Assembly (NCBI RefSeq): GCF_006345805.1
Contig: NC_043001.1
Span: forward strand, 78,864,001 to 78,928,000
Direction of reading: 5' to 3'
Source: Octopus sinensis
Taxonomy: Eukaryota
DNA: 64,000 nt
A model generated the notes under the pieces. That model did no database searches. It was given only the letters and a program-made list of their open reading frames with translations, and was not told the DNA's origin. The position numbers and the translations under genes are program-made. Every line of letters starts with the position of its first letter. Within the stretch, counting starts at the first letter, position 1. This document shows positions 13,680 through 26,300 of the stretch, in pieces.

Positions 13680-14400
13680 GTGAATAAACTGTCGTCTTAA
13701 TTAAGGAAAAATTAAAATAACACTGACATCTCATTTTAGCAGATATATTTACATAAAAATATCTTGAGGTACTAAAGAGTAAATATATTCAATAGTATTG
13801 CCATTGGCTTCAAGTACGGCCTCCAGACAACTTCGGAATCTCCTAACTTATCCGGGAGGTTTCATTGTTTAAGTTTGTGAATGCTGCCATAATCTTTTGC
13901 CTTCAGTTCATCTTTGGTGTAACGAGTTTTGTCGATCTCTCGCTCAACTGCGCCCCACACATAAGAATCGAGGGGTTGCAGTCTGGAGACTTAGGTGGCT
14001 AGATGTAAGGGATAATGTGGTCGCAAGAATTGTCTGGCAGCCATGACTGGGTTTTGCTTGTGTGGCATGGTTCAAAGTCCTGTTGCCAGACATAGGATTT
14101 TCTAGGAGTCAAACTTTTGACCCAGCGCAGCACTACCCCCTCCAGGCACTTGATGTAGGCCTATGTGTTGTGTCTGAGGCCGTGTAGGAAGATGATGTTC
14201 ATTAGACGTTTGATTTTTATCACTCTCGGTACATGTCCTCAGATTGACACCCGAACACTCTAAAATGTTCGTATTGGAGCTTCCGTTGAATATGCCAAGC
14301 AGTACAACATGTCGTTTCCAAATTTTTGGCAGAGTGAATTGCATTATGTTGCCGATTTTTTCGAAGACTGGTACTTATTTTATCAATGACTGTGTTGACA
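13680..14400 (-). mobile_element. Internally deleted Tc1/mariner (maT/DD37D-like) element
   Basis: N-terminus MQFTLPKIWKRHVVLLGI...GVNLRT is joined at ~14225 to the catalytic C-half IFLHGLRHNT*AYIKCLEGVVL...YVWQQD...PKSPDCNPLDSYVWGAVERE...VLEANGN. Termini uncertain. Confidence 0.85.
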
Positions 14401-14569
14401 TATTCTTTGATTTTGTAGGACTTTACTGACCATGAAAAGTGAGCTGCACGTTTACATACACAAAAATGCTGCGAAATGCCATTAGGAAATAGAGAAAGAA
14501 TGGAGATTGAACTTGATCTACATTCAACATGACAATGTACGACCACGCATATAACATAAAGGATAAAGA

Positions 14570-14820
14570 ATTTTCTCGAATCACAGAGACTCATAGATTC
14601 ATAAGACCTCTTTCTCAGTTTTTGTGGCGTATGTTTTTCCCACTGACTTGACGCCGGCCCGTCGCAAGTATACTCAATTTTACCAGCTGAGTAGACTCGA
14701 GAAATGTGAAATGAAGTGTTTTGCAAGAGAACACAATGCATCGCCTGATTTCAAGAATCAAAACTGCAACCTTACTATAATGAATCCATACCCTAAACTC
14801 TAAGGCCCGCACCTTCACTG
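14570..14820 (-). mobile_element. SINE family C
   Basis: Reverse complement aligns along the 15363 copy (head, CORE-like block, GCGACGGGCCGGCGTC). Confidence 0.7.
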
Positions 14821-15362
14821 AGATCATGTATTCTTGGACAGAACTTACGTAATTAGCAGGTTTTAAAAGTTATGTTGATCAAAAGTTATGTTGATCTACA
14901 GTGTTAATTAATAGCATCAACAAAACAAGAACAACAGGCATAGAAAACAAAATGAAAATCGAAGAAAAGTTGGTCTATGTTAGCACAATGCACCACGTAA
15001 GATAAAGCTGCCATTGGTATAATGCCCTACGACATCGAAGGTTTTTAAAAATGGATTGAAGTGAATATATATATAAAATATCTTATAAAAATTGTAAGTG
15101 CGTATGCGGTGAGAAAGATACAACACCAGCTTAATGTACTAGTGTTTTAATTATCTTTATATTACAATTATGATGATAGCTGATATATAAGTTGATTGGT
15201 TGGTTAGTTGATTGATTGATTCTCCTGTCACACTTTACATTACACAGAGAGAAGGTGGAGAGAGAGAAAGATAGAGTAAACGTTAATATAAGAGGCGCAG
15301 TATGATTGAAACTGCAAGACTTGGTGATTGGGAATGAGTAAACAGATGCTACATAAACACGT

Positions 15363-15610
15363 GGAGGCGCGTGGTTTAGTGGTGAGATTGTTGGACTCAT
15401 GATTGTAAGATTATGGTTTCGATTCCTGGACCGGGCGATGAGTTGTGTTCTGGAGCAAAACACCTCATTTCATGTTGCTCCAGTCCACTCAGCTAGCAAA
15501 AATGAGTATTCCTGTGACGGACCGGCGTCCCGTCCAGGTGGAAGATATATACCCCGCAGGAAACCGGAAACCGGCCCTTATGAGATTAGCATGGTTCGAG
15601 AAGGAAACAT
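15363..15610 (+). mobile_element. SINE family C (tRNA-like head, CORE-like central domain)
   Basis: GGAGGCGCGTGGTTTAGTGGT...GGTTTCGATTCC, then TTGTGTTCTGGAGCAAAACACCTCATTTCA. Resembles CORE-type SINEs; OR2-like identity unverified. Confidence 0.75.
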
Positions 15611-15689
15611 TTATTTTCATCTTACATAAATACATACACGCTCGCGCGACGGAGACAGTGAGAGAGAAAGATTCAGACACAGAGGTGAA

Positions 15690-16815
15690 GTAGGGGAAGT
15701 CAACCGGGAATTGAGGGAGTAATTGACAGTGTAATAAATATTGACTTCACATTTTGGTACGAGCCCTGCAATTTCGAGAGAGGGTCTAAGTCGATTACAT
15801 CGACTGGAACTTATTTTATCGACCCCGAAAGGATTAAAGGTAAAACTCGACACTGCGGAAATTGAACCTAGAATGTAAAGACGAACAAAAACACCCGTTA
15901 GGCATTTTTCCCGGTGATCTAACAATTCTACCAGCTCACCGACAGTAGATATTGATTTCAAATTTTGGCACAAGGTCAGCAATACCGGAAAAGGGAGCTA
16001 AGTCGGTTACATTAACCCAAGTGTTCAACTGGTAATTATTTTATTGACCCAGAAAGGATGAAAGGCAAAGTCGACTCCGGCGGCATTTGAACTCAGAACG
16101 TGCAGACAGATGAAATACCGCTAATCATTCCGTCCGGCTTGCTAACGATAGTGCCAGCTCGCTACCTTTCCTGAACTCAAATAATACCAAGGACGATTTA
16201 GTTTTTAATCTTTTCGGAGTCTCTAAATTAAGTATCGGCCAAGTACTGAAATCTACGTAACCGATTTACCCACACTCCACTCATAATTGCAGGATTTGTG
16301 CCAAGGTTTAAAAAATCCAATGGCAGATCTTACGGCTAATCACAAAAATATATTTCCAAAGTTGACCGTCATATGATGGGTAATTTTCTAGTTGAAATAT
16401 TCTGTTCTACACTACGCACAAGGCCCAAAATTTTGGGGGAAGGGGCCAGTCGATTAGATCGACCCATTAAGTAACTGCCACTTAATTTATCGATGAAAGG
16501 CAAAGTCAACCTCACCGATATTTGAACTCAGAACATAATGACAGACGAAATAACGCTAAGCATTTCACTCGGCGTGCTAACGTTTCTTATTTATTGCCCA
16601 CAAGGGGCTAAACATAGAGGGGATGAACAAGGACAGACAAAGAAATTAAGTCGATTACATCGTCACCAGTGCGTAACTGGTACTTAATTTATCGATCCCG
16701 AAAGGATGAAAGTTCAAGTCAACCTCAGTGGTATTTGAACTCAGAATGTAAATACAGATGAAATGACGCTAAGCATTTCGCTCGGCGTGCCAACGATTCT
16801 GCCAGCTCGCTGCCT
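15690..16815 (-). mobile_element. Cluster of SINE family A: two monomers (15690-16165), one plus-strand 3' half (16190-16320) and a dimer (16405-16815)
   Basis: Repeated GATGAAAGGCAAAGTC(G/A)AC and TTTGAACTCAGAA motifs. The dimer junction at ~16586 joins tail B to AGAAACGTTAGCACG. Confidence 0.85.
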
Positions 16816-16829
16816 TTTTCTAATTGAAA

Positions 16830-17145
16830 TATTGGCACTCCATCGCTTACGACGACGAAGGTTCCGATCAACAGAACAGCTTGCTCGTGAAATTAACGTG
16901 CAAATGACTGAGCACTGCACAGACAGGTGCACTTTTTACGTAGTTCTCAAGGAGATTCAGCATGATACAGAGTGTGACAAGGCTGGGTCCTTTGAAATTC
17001 AGGTACTATTTTGCCAGATGGATGATCTAGAGCTACGTAAACTAAAGTGTCTCGCTCAAGGTCACAATGCGCCGCCGGAAAGCGAACACATGACCTTACA
17101 ATCATAAGCCCAATACCCTAACCACTAAGCTAAACGCCTGCACAT
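16830..17145 (-). mobile_element. SINE family C head with a different 3' body
   Basis: Minus strand GGCGTTTAGCTTAGTGGTTAGGG...TTGTGACCTTGAGCGAGACACTTT...GTCGTAAGCGATGGAGTGCC. Confidence 0.7.
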
Positions 17146-17159
17146 AGAATATTGTTTTC

Positions 17160-17370
17160 TACTCTAGGCACAAGGGCCGAAATTTTGGGGGAGGGGGTTA
17201 CGCGATTAGATCGACTCCAGTACGCAACTGGTACTTAATTTATCGACTCCGAAAGGATGAAACGCAAAGTCGACCATAGCGGAATATGAACTCAGAACAC
17301 AAAGACAGACGAAATACAGCTAAGCATTTCGCTCGGCATGTTAACGTTCCTGCTAGCTCGCCGCCTTACT
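17160..17370 (-). mobile_element. SINE family A
   Basis: CACAAGGGCCGAAATTTTGGGGG...GATGAAACGCAAAGTCGACC...GCTAGCTCGCCGCCTT. Confidence 0.85.
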
Positions 17371-17439
17371 TAAAAGATTATCCGCCATTAGTCAAACGTT
17401 GCTCTGCCATCGCATAATTGCATTGAAATAGACTTCTCA

Positions 17440-17900
17440 TCTTTTCTTTATTCTTACCACTTGTTTCCGTCGTTAAACTACACCCATTCTGGGGCAGAGC
17501 CTACAGGAATTTTACCCGACCACTCTACATGTTTTCTTTATAACCCAGATACTTCTCTCGGTGTCTTTTGCCAAATCGTTAAGTGATGGGGAAATAAAGA
17601 CACCAAAACTGGTCTTCAACCGGTGTTGGGATGCAACCTAGGACACAAAAACACCAACACACACATGCACACACACATACACAAACACACAAAAGGTCAC
17701 ACACATACAAACACATACATGTGCGCGCGCGTATATTTATACGCCGGTCTTCTTTCAGTTTCCGCCAACCAAATTCACTCGTAAGGCTCAGGTCGACCTG
17801 AGGTTATAGGAGAAGACACCCACGGTTGCACGTAGTGGGACTGAACCTGGGATAATATGGTTGGGAACCAAGCTTCTTACCACACAGCCACGCCTGCGCA
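17440..17900 (-). mobile_element. SINE family B
   Basis: TCTTTCAGTTTCCGCCAACCAAATTCACTC...GTAGTGGGACTGAACC...AAGCTTCTTACCACACAGCCACGCCTGCGC. Confidence 0.85.
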
Positions 17901-18459
17901 TGGTTTCATGGGTCACATCCAATGTTTCGCTTGCCACTTTACAATATATGTAGCCAGGAGAAATTCATTGCACATAACATTAAAAACAACGTGTTCTACG
18001 CTATTCAGTATTAAATTCTAAGAACATTTAGATAAAAATTTAGATTCTTGGACGTTGGTAGAGATAAGAAGAATATTTTCTTCTTACTTTCTTCATTGAT
18101 TGCATGCTAAAATGGCTGAAAACAGAAAGAGATATACATCGAATACTCACATATATAAATACACAGACACACACACACAGACACACGCACACCTGAAACG
18201 CCTACGGCATCCCAAATTTCGTCTCCATTGTGCTACCGAAGTTTAGGGATATTTTCAATAAAGAAGAACTACAAAAACAAAACGGTCTTCTAACTTAACT
18301 CTTTGTTGCGGTTCTTCCTCTCGTTCTTACAATTGTAGTTGATATTGTTGTTACTGATGTTGCTGTCGTTCTTCTTAATTTATGTTTTCTTTATATTTAG
18401 GTTTCATTTACGTGCTACTATATTTTTTCTACTTTGTTATCAATCTTTCTAATGCATGT

Positions 18460-18789
18460 TAATATATATATATATACATGAACACACATGCACACACACA
18501 TATATAGGTATGTGTATATGTAAGTCAATCAGCCATACGTTGTGCATTTATTTATTTATCTGGATATATATATATATATATTATATATATATATATGTGT
18601 GTGTGTGTATGTGCGTATATATATGTATATATATATATCCATACATATAAACTATATGTATGTATATGTATATATACACATACATATATACTATATGGCC
18701 CTATATAAACATATATGTATATATATACATATGTATATATACATATATATATATATATGTATATTATATATATGTATATTATATATATG

Positions 18790-18844
<55 letters not shown>

Positions 18845-19555
18845 CATATTCATACATACATACATACATACGCATACATATATACACCTACATATATTTC
18901 TGTGCGTGTGCGGTTTATTTTTTCTCTTAACTTTCATTTGACAAATGGCGATTTCGAATTCTTTTATAACATCATATCCACGTCGAAAACATCTGCAAAG
19001 GAACTGAAGAGACTAATACAGGAAAAGAATCTTTGACATTTGTTTCTGTTGTAAACACAAAGAAAACCCCTCACATTTTTTTTTCAAACATTTATTTAAA
19101 CGTCTTTTTATACGTGTTATTCATTATTTCTTGTTTTTAGTTTTAGTTTTACTTTCCCCCATCCCTCCCGATTAAACGTATCCATTGAATAAAGTTTTTC
19201 AGCCTTTGTCAATGGTTTCGACCTTTTGACTCTGTAACAAGATAAGGCTATGATAGTTAGAAACGAAATTTCGTATTGTTGAAACGAAGAATTCCAATGT
19301 TTGTGTTTGTGTATGTGTGTGTGTGTGTGTGAGTATACCTGTGTGTGTGTGAGTATACCTGTGTATGTGTGTGTATGCTTGCATTTACGCATACACATTT
19401 ACATGTGCACATTCATGCATTTATACATGATTACATGCTTGCATACACATACTCACGTGAGTATATCTGAATTCGTATACATATGTATGTATGTATGTCT
19501 TTATGTATGCATGTATGTATGCATGTATATATGTATGCATGCATGTACGTATGTG

Positions 19556-19593
<38 letters not shown>

Positions 19594-19850
19594 ACACATA
19601 TATAACTTCATATCTGCAGGTATATATTAATATACGTATGTATGCATAGTATGTATGTATGTATGTGTGTATGCATATATGTATCCATATATAAATGGAT
19701 AGATTGCTGGATACATGTTCTTGCATAGTCAAAAAGCACACACTCACGCAGACTCACACATACACACACATACATACTTACACACATATATATGCATATA
19801 TACACATGTATGTATGTTAATGCATTTGTATACACAAAAGTGTATACATA
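18460..19850. repeat. TA/TATG/CA-rich simple repeat field
   Basis: Directly visible, interrupted by short unique segments. Confidence 0.9.
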
Positions 19851-20002
19851 AGTAATTGAGTTTTTCTGTGCTCATTTAATACGTGTAATCTAGCCGCGCG
19901 TTTACAATCAGTGGCTAGAATACAGGACTCCCTGTACAACAGAGAATTTCACCTGTCATGTAGAATCTCCTCAGGTACCTCTATTCCATGCTTTCCACGG
20001 AA

Positions 20003-20060
<58 letters not shown>

Positions 20061-20994
20061 GCAGAGAGGAAAATGGCGGAGTTGTTCAGCGCATTATACT
20101 GCTACTTATTAAAAGTGAGATGAGCAACATAACCTTTACATGTACTTTTGGATAACAGTTCATTCGTTAGCGTCTGCTGTCCACAATATACAATAAAAAA
20201 GATATCATGTTTGTGTGTAAGTTTTAAACAAATGTGTACAAATCGTTGAGTCCAAACGTAACAAACAGAAATAGTATTTTTTGTTTAACATGACAGCCTG
20301 GTTATCTTTCATGTCTGTCAGAGTAAATGAATAAATCAACTGCAATGTTAACAAGAGCTTGACGACTACAAATTCCATCTGGCATGGTCTTGTATCACAC
20401 TGAAAATACTGACGAAATTCACAAACCGCTGAATAGGAATAATAATAATTAGTTGTAAACTAAACAGTTATGGTTAACTTATTAACTGGTAAGTAAGAGT
20501 GACCTGCCCTTCTTATACAGCAGATCTATTACATATGTATTAGATACGCACTCCTGCTTAGTCTTACGCTCTTACACATGGCAATGGATTTCTCTGACCT
20601 GCATTCTGTCGGTTTATCTGTGCTCCGTCTTTTATACAAATCAGTATTACATGCGAAATGGGGCATAGTTTTGCAGCTTCCTCAAATCTTCTGCAGGTGA
20701 GGACGCGCATTGCTATTTTCCAGCAGCCTACTTCACTCACAGGTGTCCTACAATACGCCATTTATTCTGAAAGAGAAACCGTTTGTTGACATCAAACGCA
20801 ACGCACACGAGACGCATTACTCCCTTCCGCTGATTACTATACCTTTTCAGCAGTCACATATAGGTATTGATACTCTCGTACATACACAATCCCATGCATA
20901 CATATACAATCCCATGCATACATACACAATCCCATGCATACATACACAAGTACATATGTAAACTATATCCGTATTAGGATCTAAAACGCCAAAC

Positions 20995-21374
20995 ATAAAT
21001 AGTAATAGTAGTAGTAGAAGAAGTAGTAGTAGTAGTAGTAGTAGTTGCAGCAGCAGCAGCAGCAGTAACAGCCGCAGTACCAGTAGCAGTAGTAGTAGTA
21101 GTACCAGTAGCAGTAGTAGTAGTAGAAGTAGTAGCAGTAACAGTAGTAGTAGTAGTAGTAGCAGCAGTACCAGTAGTAGTAGTAGCAATAGCAGTACTAG
21201 TAGTAGTGGTAGTAGTAGCAGCAACAGCAGTAGTAGTGGTGGTGGTGATTGTTGTACAAGTAGAAGAAGGGGGAGAAGGAGGAGGAGGAAGGGAAGAAGC
21301 AGGAGGAGAACGGGAAGAAAAGTAGTAGTAGCAGCAGCGGCAGCAGCAGCATTAGTAGTACCAGTAGCAGCAGC

Positions 21375-21405
<31 letters not shown>

Positions 21406-21406
21406 A

Positions 21407-21485
<79 letters not shown>

Positions 21486-21515
21486 TGCAGCAGCAGCAGC
21501 AGCCAGCAGCAGCAT
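20995..21515. repeat. (AGT)n/(AGC)n compound microsatellite
   Basis: Directly visible. Confidence 0.98.
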
Positions 21516-22583
21516 ATTGTATTGGGTTGAATCTGTTTAGAAATACATTAAAATAAAGGATGTCACCAGATTGAGGGCAACGATCTTATTACAAATGACC
21601 CAAACATAATGGAAGACATGCAGCAATACTTTGTTGTAAGAGCAAAAACAACAAAATACCTCGTGGAGTGCCCCTGGTGTGATCTGGTGTGCCTCTGGTG
21701 TTCAAACTCTTATGGGAGAGAGAATCTTTTCTGAAGTAAATTAAGCTGACGAGGGATTGAACGTTTGAAATTTATATGGAAGTGGTGTACTGAGTATACA
21801 CATGTATCTTCTTTTTTTTTTCTCCACAATACAAAATGTCTTCAAATTTTAGCCGTTTGTAGCCATGTAAAGTGCTATTTTGTCCTTCTTTTCAATCGTC
21901 AGCTCGGCATGACTTGAGACAATTTCATTGAGGTTAATTCACCCTTTTACGAATTTGGAGGATTGTTATTGGGAGAAAATAAGTTTAAAGTAATTTCTGA
22001 TTGTTTTCGTTAACTGTTCAGCAATATAGAAGAGAAAGGGAGAGGGAGAGAGAGAGAGAGAGAAGGGGAGAGGGAGGGGGCAATGTGAGGAGAGAGAGGA
22101 CTGAGAAAAAGAGAGGGGAGGGAAGAGAGAGAGTTAGTTCTTAAATGTGTGATTACTGGACTTTAATAGTAAAAGAAATTAACAACTATAACCTTATAAA
22201 AAATATATTAGTCTCACGAATTTTAACCGGAATTGCAATAATATCAGCGCATTTTTCCTAGATAGGAACTGGTGATTTCTGAAAGTACTATATTCTTAGC
22301 TTAAACTCAAAATCTGAGTAAACCTATTCAAAGTCATTACCATAGGTTACATACAACTACTTGTTTTGTGGATTTGAAAATAGAAATTTGAACCAGAATG
22401 TCGAAGGCTCAAAAATGATATAATTTAAATGAACATCATAATAACACTGGATAATGTTCTGACATGTGATCAGAAACTTGACGGATATATTGAGTTCGTT
22501 GAGCAATTCGAAATTAATGTTTCTAAAAATGAATAAAGAAGAATGTCGTAGACAATAAAATAAATAAAATACTAAACAAAAGT

Positions 22584-22811
22584 GGAGGCGCAATGGCCTA
22601 GTGGTTAGGGCAGCGGACTTGCGGTCGGAGGATCGCGGTTTCGATTCCCAGACCGGGCGTTGTGTGTGTTTATTGAGCGAAAACACCTAAAAGCTCCACG
22701 AGGCTCCGGCAGGAGGCGGTGATCCCTGCTGTACTCTTTCACCACTCTAAAGGCGGTGCTCCAGCATGGCCGCAGTCAAATGACTGAAACAAGTACAAAA
22801 AAAAAAAAAAA
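22584..22811 (+). mobile_element. Chimeric SINE: distinct tRNA-like head fused to the family B 3' tail plus poly-A
   Basis: GGAGGCGCAATGGCCTAGTGGTTAGGGCAGCGGAC...GGTTTCGATTCCC head; 22748-22795 is nearly identical to 42049-42096. Confidence 0.75.
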
Positions 22812-22831
22812 TAGAAACAAAATTATTTGTA

Positions 22832-23340
22832 ATACAGGGTGAACATAGGTACGAAACCCTCGTCTAAGGATCGTTTGCTGGAGCTGTCGGAATACCGTAT
22901 AAGCACTAGCAATTCTAGAATCCAGTCCAGCCTCCTGCTTCCCATCAGGTGTGAATTCAGACCTGCGATACTTAAACGCCACCACTTGTCCGGATGTTGC
23001 TGAGTAATGAATGATCGAAAAAGTTCGATCGCAAATGCCAGCGGCGGAGATGGGCTTCCTCTGAAGGAGGTCAGAGTTTCTCTCCACATCAACCTGCTAC
23101 TTATCCACAATGAGAGGTCACAGCTGAGGTACTACAGTCACGGTCATGGTCATGGTCACAGTATTGTTATGTGTCATTCAAACGGGATAATATCCATAGT
23201 CTCATTTGGTTACACTTGGAAATCCACCTGGAAAATTTAATGACATTCGCTCCTTAAAGGACACTATGGAGTAAGTGGCTAAGGATTCTAATTCATCTCC
23301 ATTCCCAGGATTGATGAGCGAAGATGGATGTATAGACGAA
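22832..23340 (+). mobile_element. RTE-clade (Rex3/Expander-like) LINE fragment with an inverted 5' segment
   Basis: Minus strand ~22835-22995 reads QVVAFKYRRSEFTPDGKQEAGLDSRIASA...FRTYVHPVL. Plus strand from ~23005 reads the next motifs: VMNDR, RSQMPAAEMGFL, LLLIHNERSQLRYYSH, RDNIHSLIWLHLEI, ending in GAAGATGGATG. Confidence 0.75.
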
Positions 23341-23349
23341 TGTAACAAA

Positions 23350-26300
23350 AGGTGGACCTCATGAATTTTGGTGTGTCACATTATATTAGAAGCAAGTGTA
23401 AATCTGGATCTATATACTGGTTTGTGGATACAAATATGCAACATTAAAGTGTCCCACATTTTGTTAAACCTATTTTGAGTGTAATAAATGAAAACAAAAT
23501 GCACGCTTTGAAGCAATAATTTATTTTACAAAAACTGAAGAATGTTAAAGAAATTAAAAATGAATTTTAAGAAGCTATCTATGACATTGCCCTGAAATAT
23601 TCTATAAATATTAGAGTAAATTTCAACAACGTTAATTTTATGATGTTGGTTGATACTAGAAGTCAGTTAAATCTAACATCTCAGAATTTCTGGATCATTT
23701 TAAATAAATCATAATTACGAAAGTAAGATTTCAAATTATAAAATATTCCCTTGAAATTTTGGGGAAGTTTGTCGCTCATTACTGGAAACTGATGAAAGAA
23801 TAGGAAGTTGTAACTGTCATTAGTGTTGAACGTAAAAATATAATCACAGGTTACTTGATACGAACATGATGAATGTCGATAGTTCAAATGAAATTCATGA
23901 GAGTAATGTTCTAGGACACTTTGAGAGGAATAAAGCTAAGGGAAGCATCAGGCCACGTCAGTTTGAAGTAAGTCCATTACCAATACACATTAAATCATTA
24001 ATTACACTGAAACTGAGGGATCTAATTAATGGAGATCTTTCAGAAGAAACGCTTTTCGGAATAACTAAATTGATCTCCCCTTTAGTGGTTGTTTGAAAGG
24101 CGCATGGAGATCTCAGGATATGTTGGAGTTATAAATTAGTTACAAATGATAAACTACAAATTTAAAATACACGAGGGGTGCTGAAAACTTCCTCTTTTTA
24201 ATGATATCGTGAAAGACCTGACTGGAGGCCCAACCTTCCGAGTTCTTTTACAGGGCATAGAAGAACTGAAGGACCGCTGCAAAAGATGTGTGAATCTGAG
24301 AGGAGAATACGTTGAATAAAGTCATAATTAACTGATCCTCCAGTATTTTCTCTGATCCAAAGCCATGAAATGTTAAGCACCCCTGGTATGTGTTTCACTT
24401 ATACTTTGGCGCATGTTACATTAGGAAACTTCATTTTAAAAGCATATTATCAGATATAAATATATTCTTAAGAAAGGAAGATGCTACGATAAAGCCACTC
24501 ACCGAGTCTTTTTAAGATTGGTTCATGTACCATTTGAAATTGAAAGAGACAGATTTACATATCAGTAATTAAACATAATCTTGAAATTAACGTTGCTAAT
24601 GGTGGACTCTTTTATCGTGAAAGATCGATGAGGGGTACGCTACATTTTGCTAAACAAGCTGTAGACATATTTGTTTATAATGATGAAATATTTGTGCTAA
24701 ATATTACCTCATTCACTCCCTCGAAGCAACATTGCCTGTACAGGATCCATTACATCAGATACTGAAGTGGTCGCAGAAAACGAGAAATGAGTTTTACTGA
24801 AGTATTCAACACACTACTCGGTCCGGGAATCGATACCACGTGCTTTTGTGATCGTGAGTGTAACTACTCGAGCATGCGTCGAATATTGCTAATATTTAGC
24901 AAACTGATGTACATTTGGAGAGTAAAACTATTGAATATCAATATTTCGAAGAAAGCTAAATTTATAAAAAATTCGGTATTAACATGCACGGTGAGCAATG
25001 GAACTAAATCATTGTTAGATGCTGCTGTTTCGTGTTTTGGGGGTTACAAAATGGCGAAAGACATCATATCACCAGATCAATGTCCAGTTGTTAAAATTAT
25101 GAATATAGAAACATCTAAAGATAAGACGCAATTAGAATGTTTTCATAGACAAATCAATTTCTGTGGGATATATATAAATCCGTATTCTGGCCTAGCGAAA
25201 GCACGTGGACCAATGATGAAAATGTTGTTCAACGTCTGTCCACATATTGCTGCACGTATCAGTTTAGAAGGAGTTCAATACGAAACACATTTAAATATGT
25301 AACGCCAATGTAAGGATCAAAGACGATGGTTCAGATTTTTGATGTCCTAAACGAGATATCCTTAAGAGTTAATGCAAGTAAAACAGTTGTATCACTAATA
25401 TATATATTTACTAAACAAAAAATCTATACTATAATTGTCAACAATGTTAACCATAGCTAAAACATCAAATTCAAATACCAAAAGGGAAACTTTGGTGATT
25501 TTATGGTTCACTTGAACAGCACGAAGAGAAATGCGTAACTGAATATCAGAATCAATTTTAACGTAATTTTTTTGTGAGAATTATTGTTTATCAAAAGTAG
25601 TATTTGATTTAGAACCATGAAGAAGCTCTTACAAACAATGGCATTTCACTGTGAATCACCATACGTAAAAGGGAGTCAAACATTACACGTTGATGCATCA
25701 ACACGTTTGGAAACTTTATTATTAATGGTGGATTGTATGAATATAATCTCCATGAGGATGATTCCTTGATCCATCTTGGAGAAATTAATGTCACAAAATG
25801 CCAATTTAGTGATAATAACTTTCGTACATAGCCTCGTAAGATCAGAAGTAAACATTTGAAATGTCTCCGTATCATTCTGAATGGAATGGAATTGCTGAAA
25901 GGATGGTCACAAATGTTAAAATGGATCTGAGAGAATATTCTCTAAATAAAGAAACTATTTATATTTATATATGGCATGCTTTTCAGTTAGCGGACAATTT
26001 CTCACCGAGGAAGACTTATTAATCCTTCTGCTTTGCTATGCAGACAGATATGCGATCACCAATAACAATATAGTTTGAAAATGTAACTGTAGTTGGTGTT
26101 GATACAGAAGAAATCATAAACCAAACCACTAGCTCGATATTTATCACAAACAGGAAATAAAACCTCTCTGATTCTTAAGGGTGAATAGTCTATGCAAGAC
26201 CATGCAGATCAAATATACAATGACACAAATATTGATAGCGAACAGAATGTAGAATCAGTCCCTCAAGCTTTGAAAGCTATTCCAGACTCTATTAATAAAT

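Noticed and set aside
20646-21730. Minus-strand two-exon ending (KDSLSHK...RGTPR / EDLRKLQNYAPFRM*)
   Set aside because: Phases match, but several competing frames on both strands look equally plausible and no homology was recognised.
22584-22660. tRNA gene (also at 15363 and 41713)
   Set aside because: A/B boxes are present, but there is no closed acceptor stem, and each runs into a SINE body.
23850-23967. Exon-like segment with a perfect GTAAGT donor (LLDTNMM...RPRQFE)
   Set aside because: The frame continues past the donor into Gypsy RT motifs (SPLVVV, GDLRIC), and there is no pyrimidine tract.
24787-25302. 171-aa non-repetitive ORF as a novel gene
   Set aside because: It lies within the Gypsy RT/RNase H relic, and Pol motifs hop between this and other frames.
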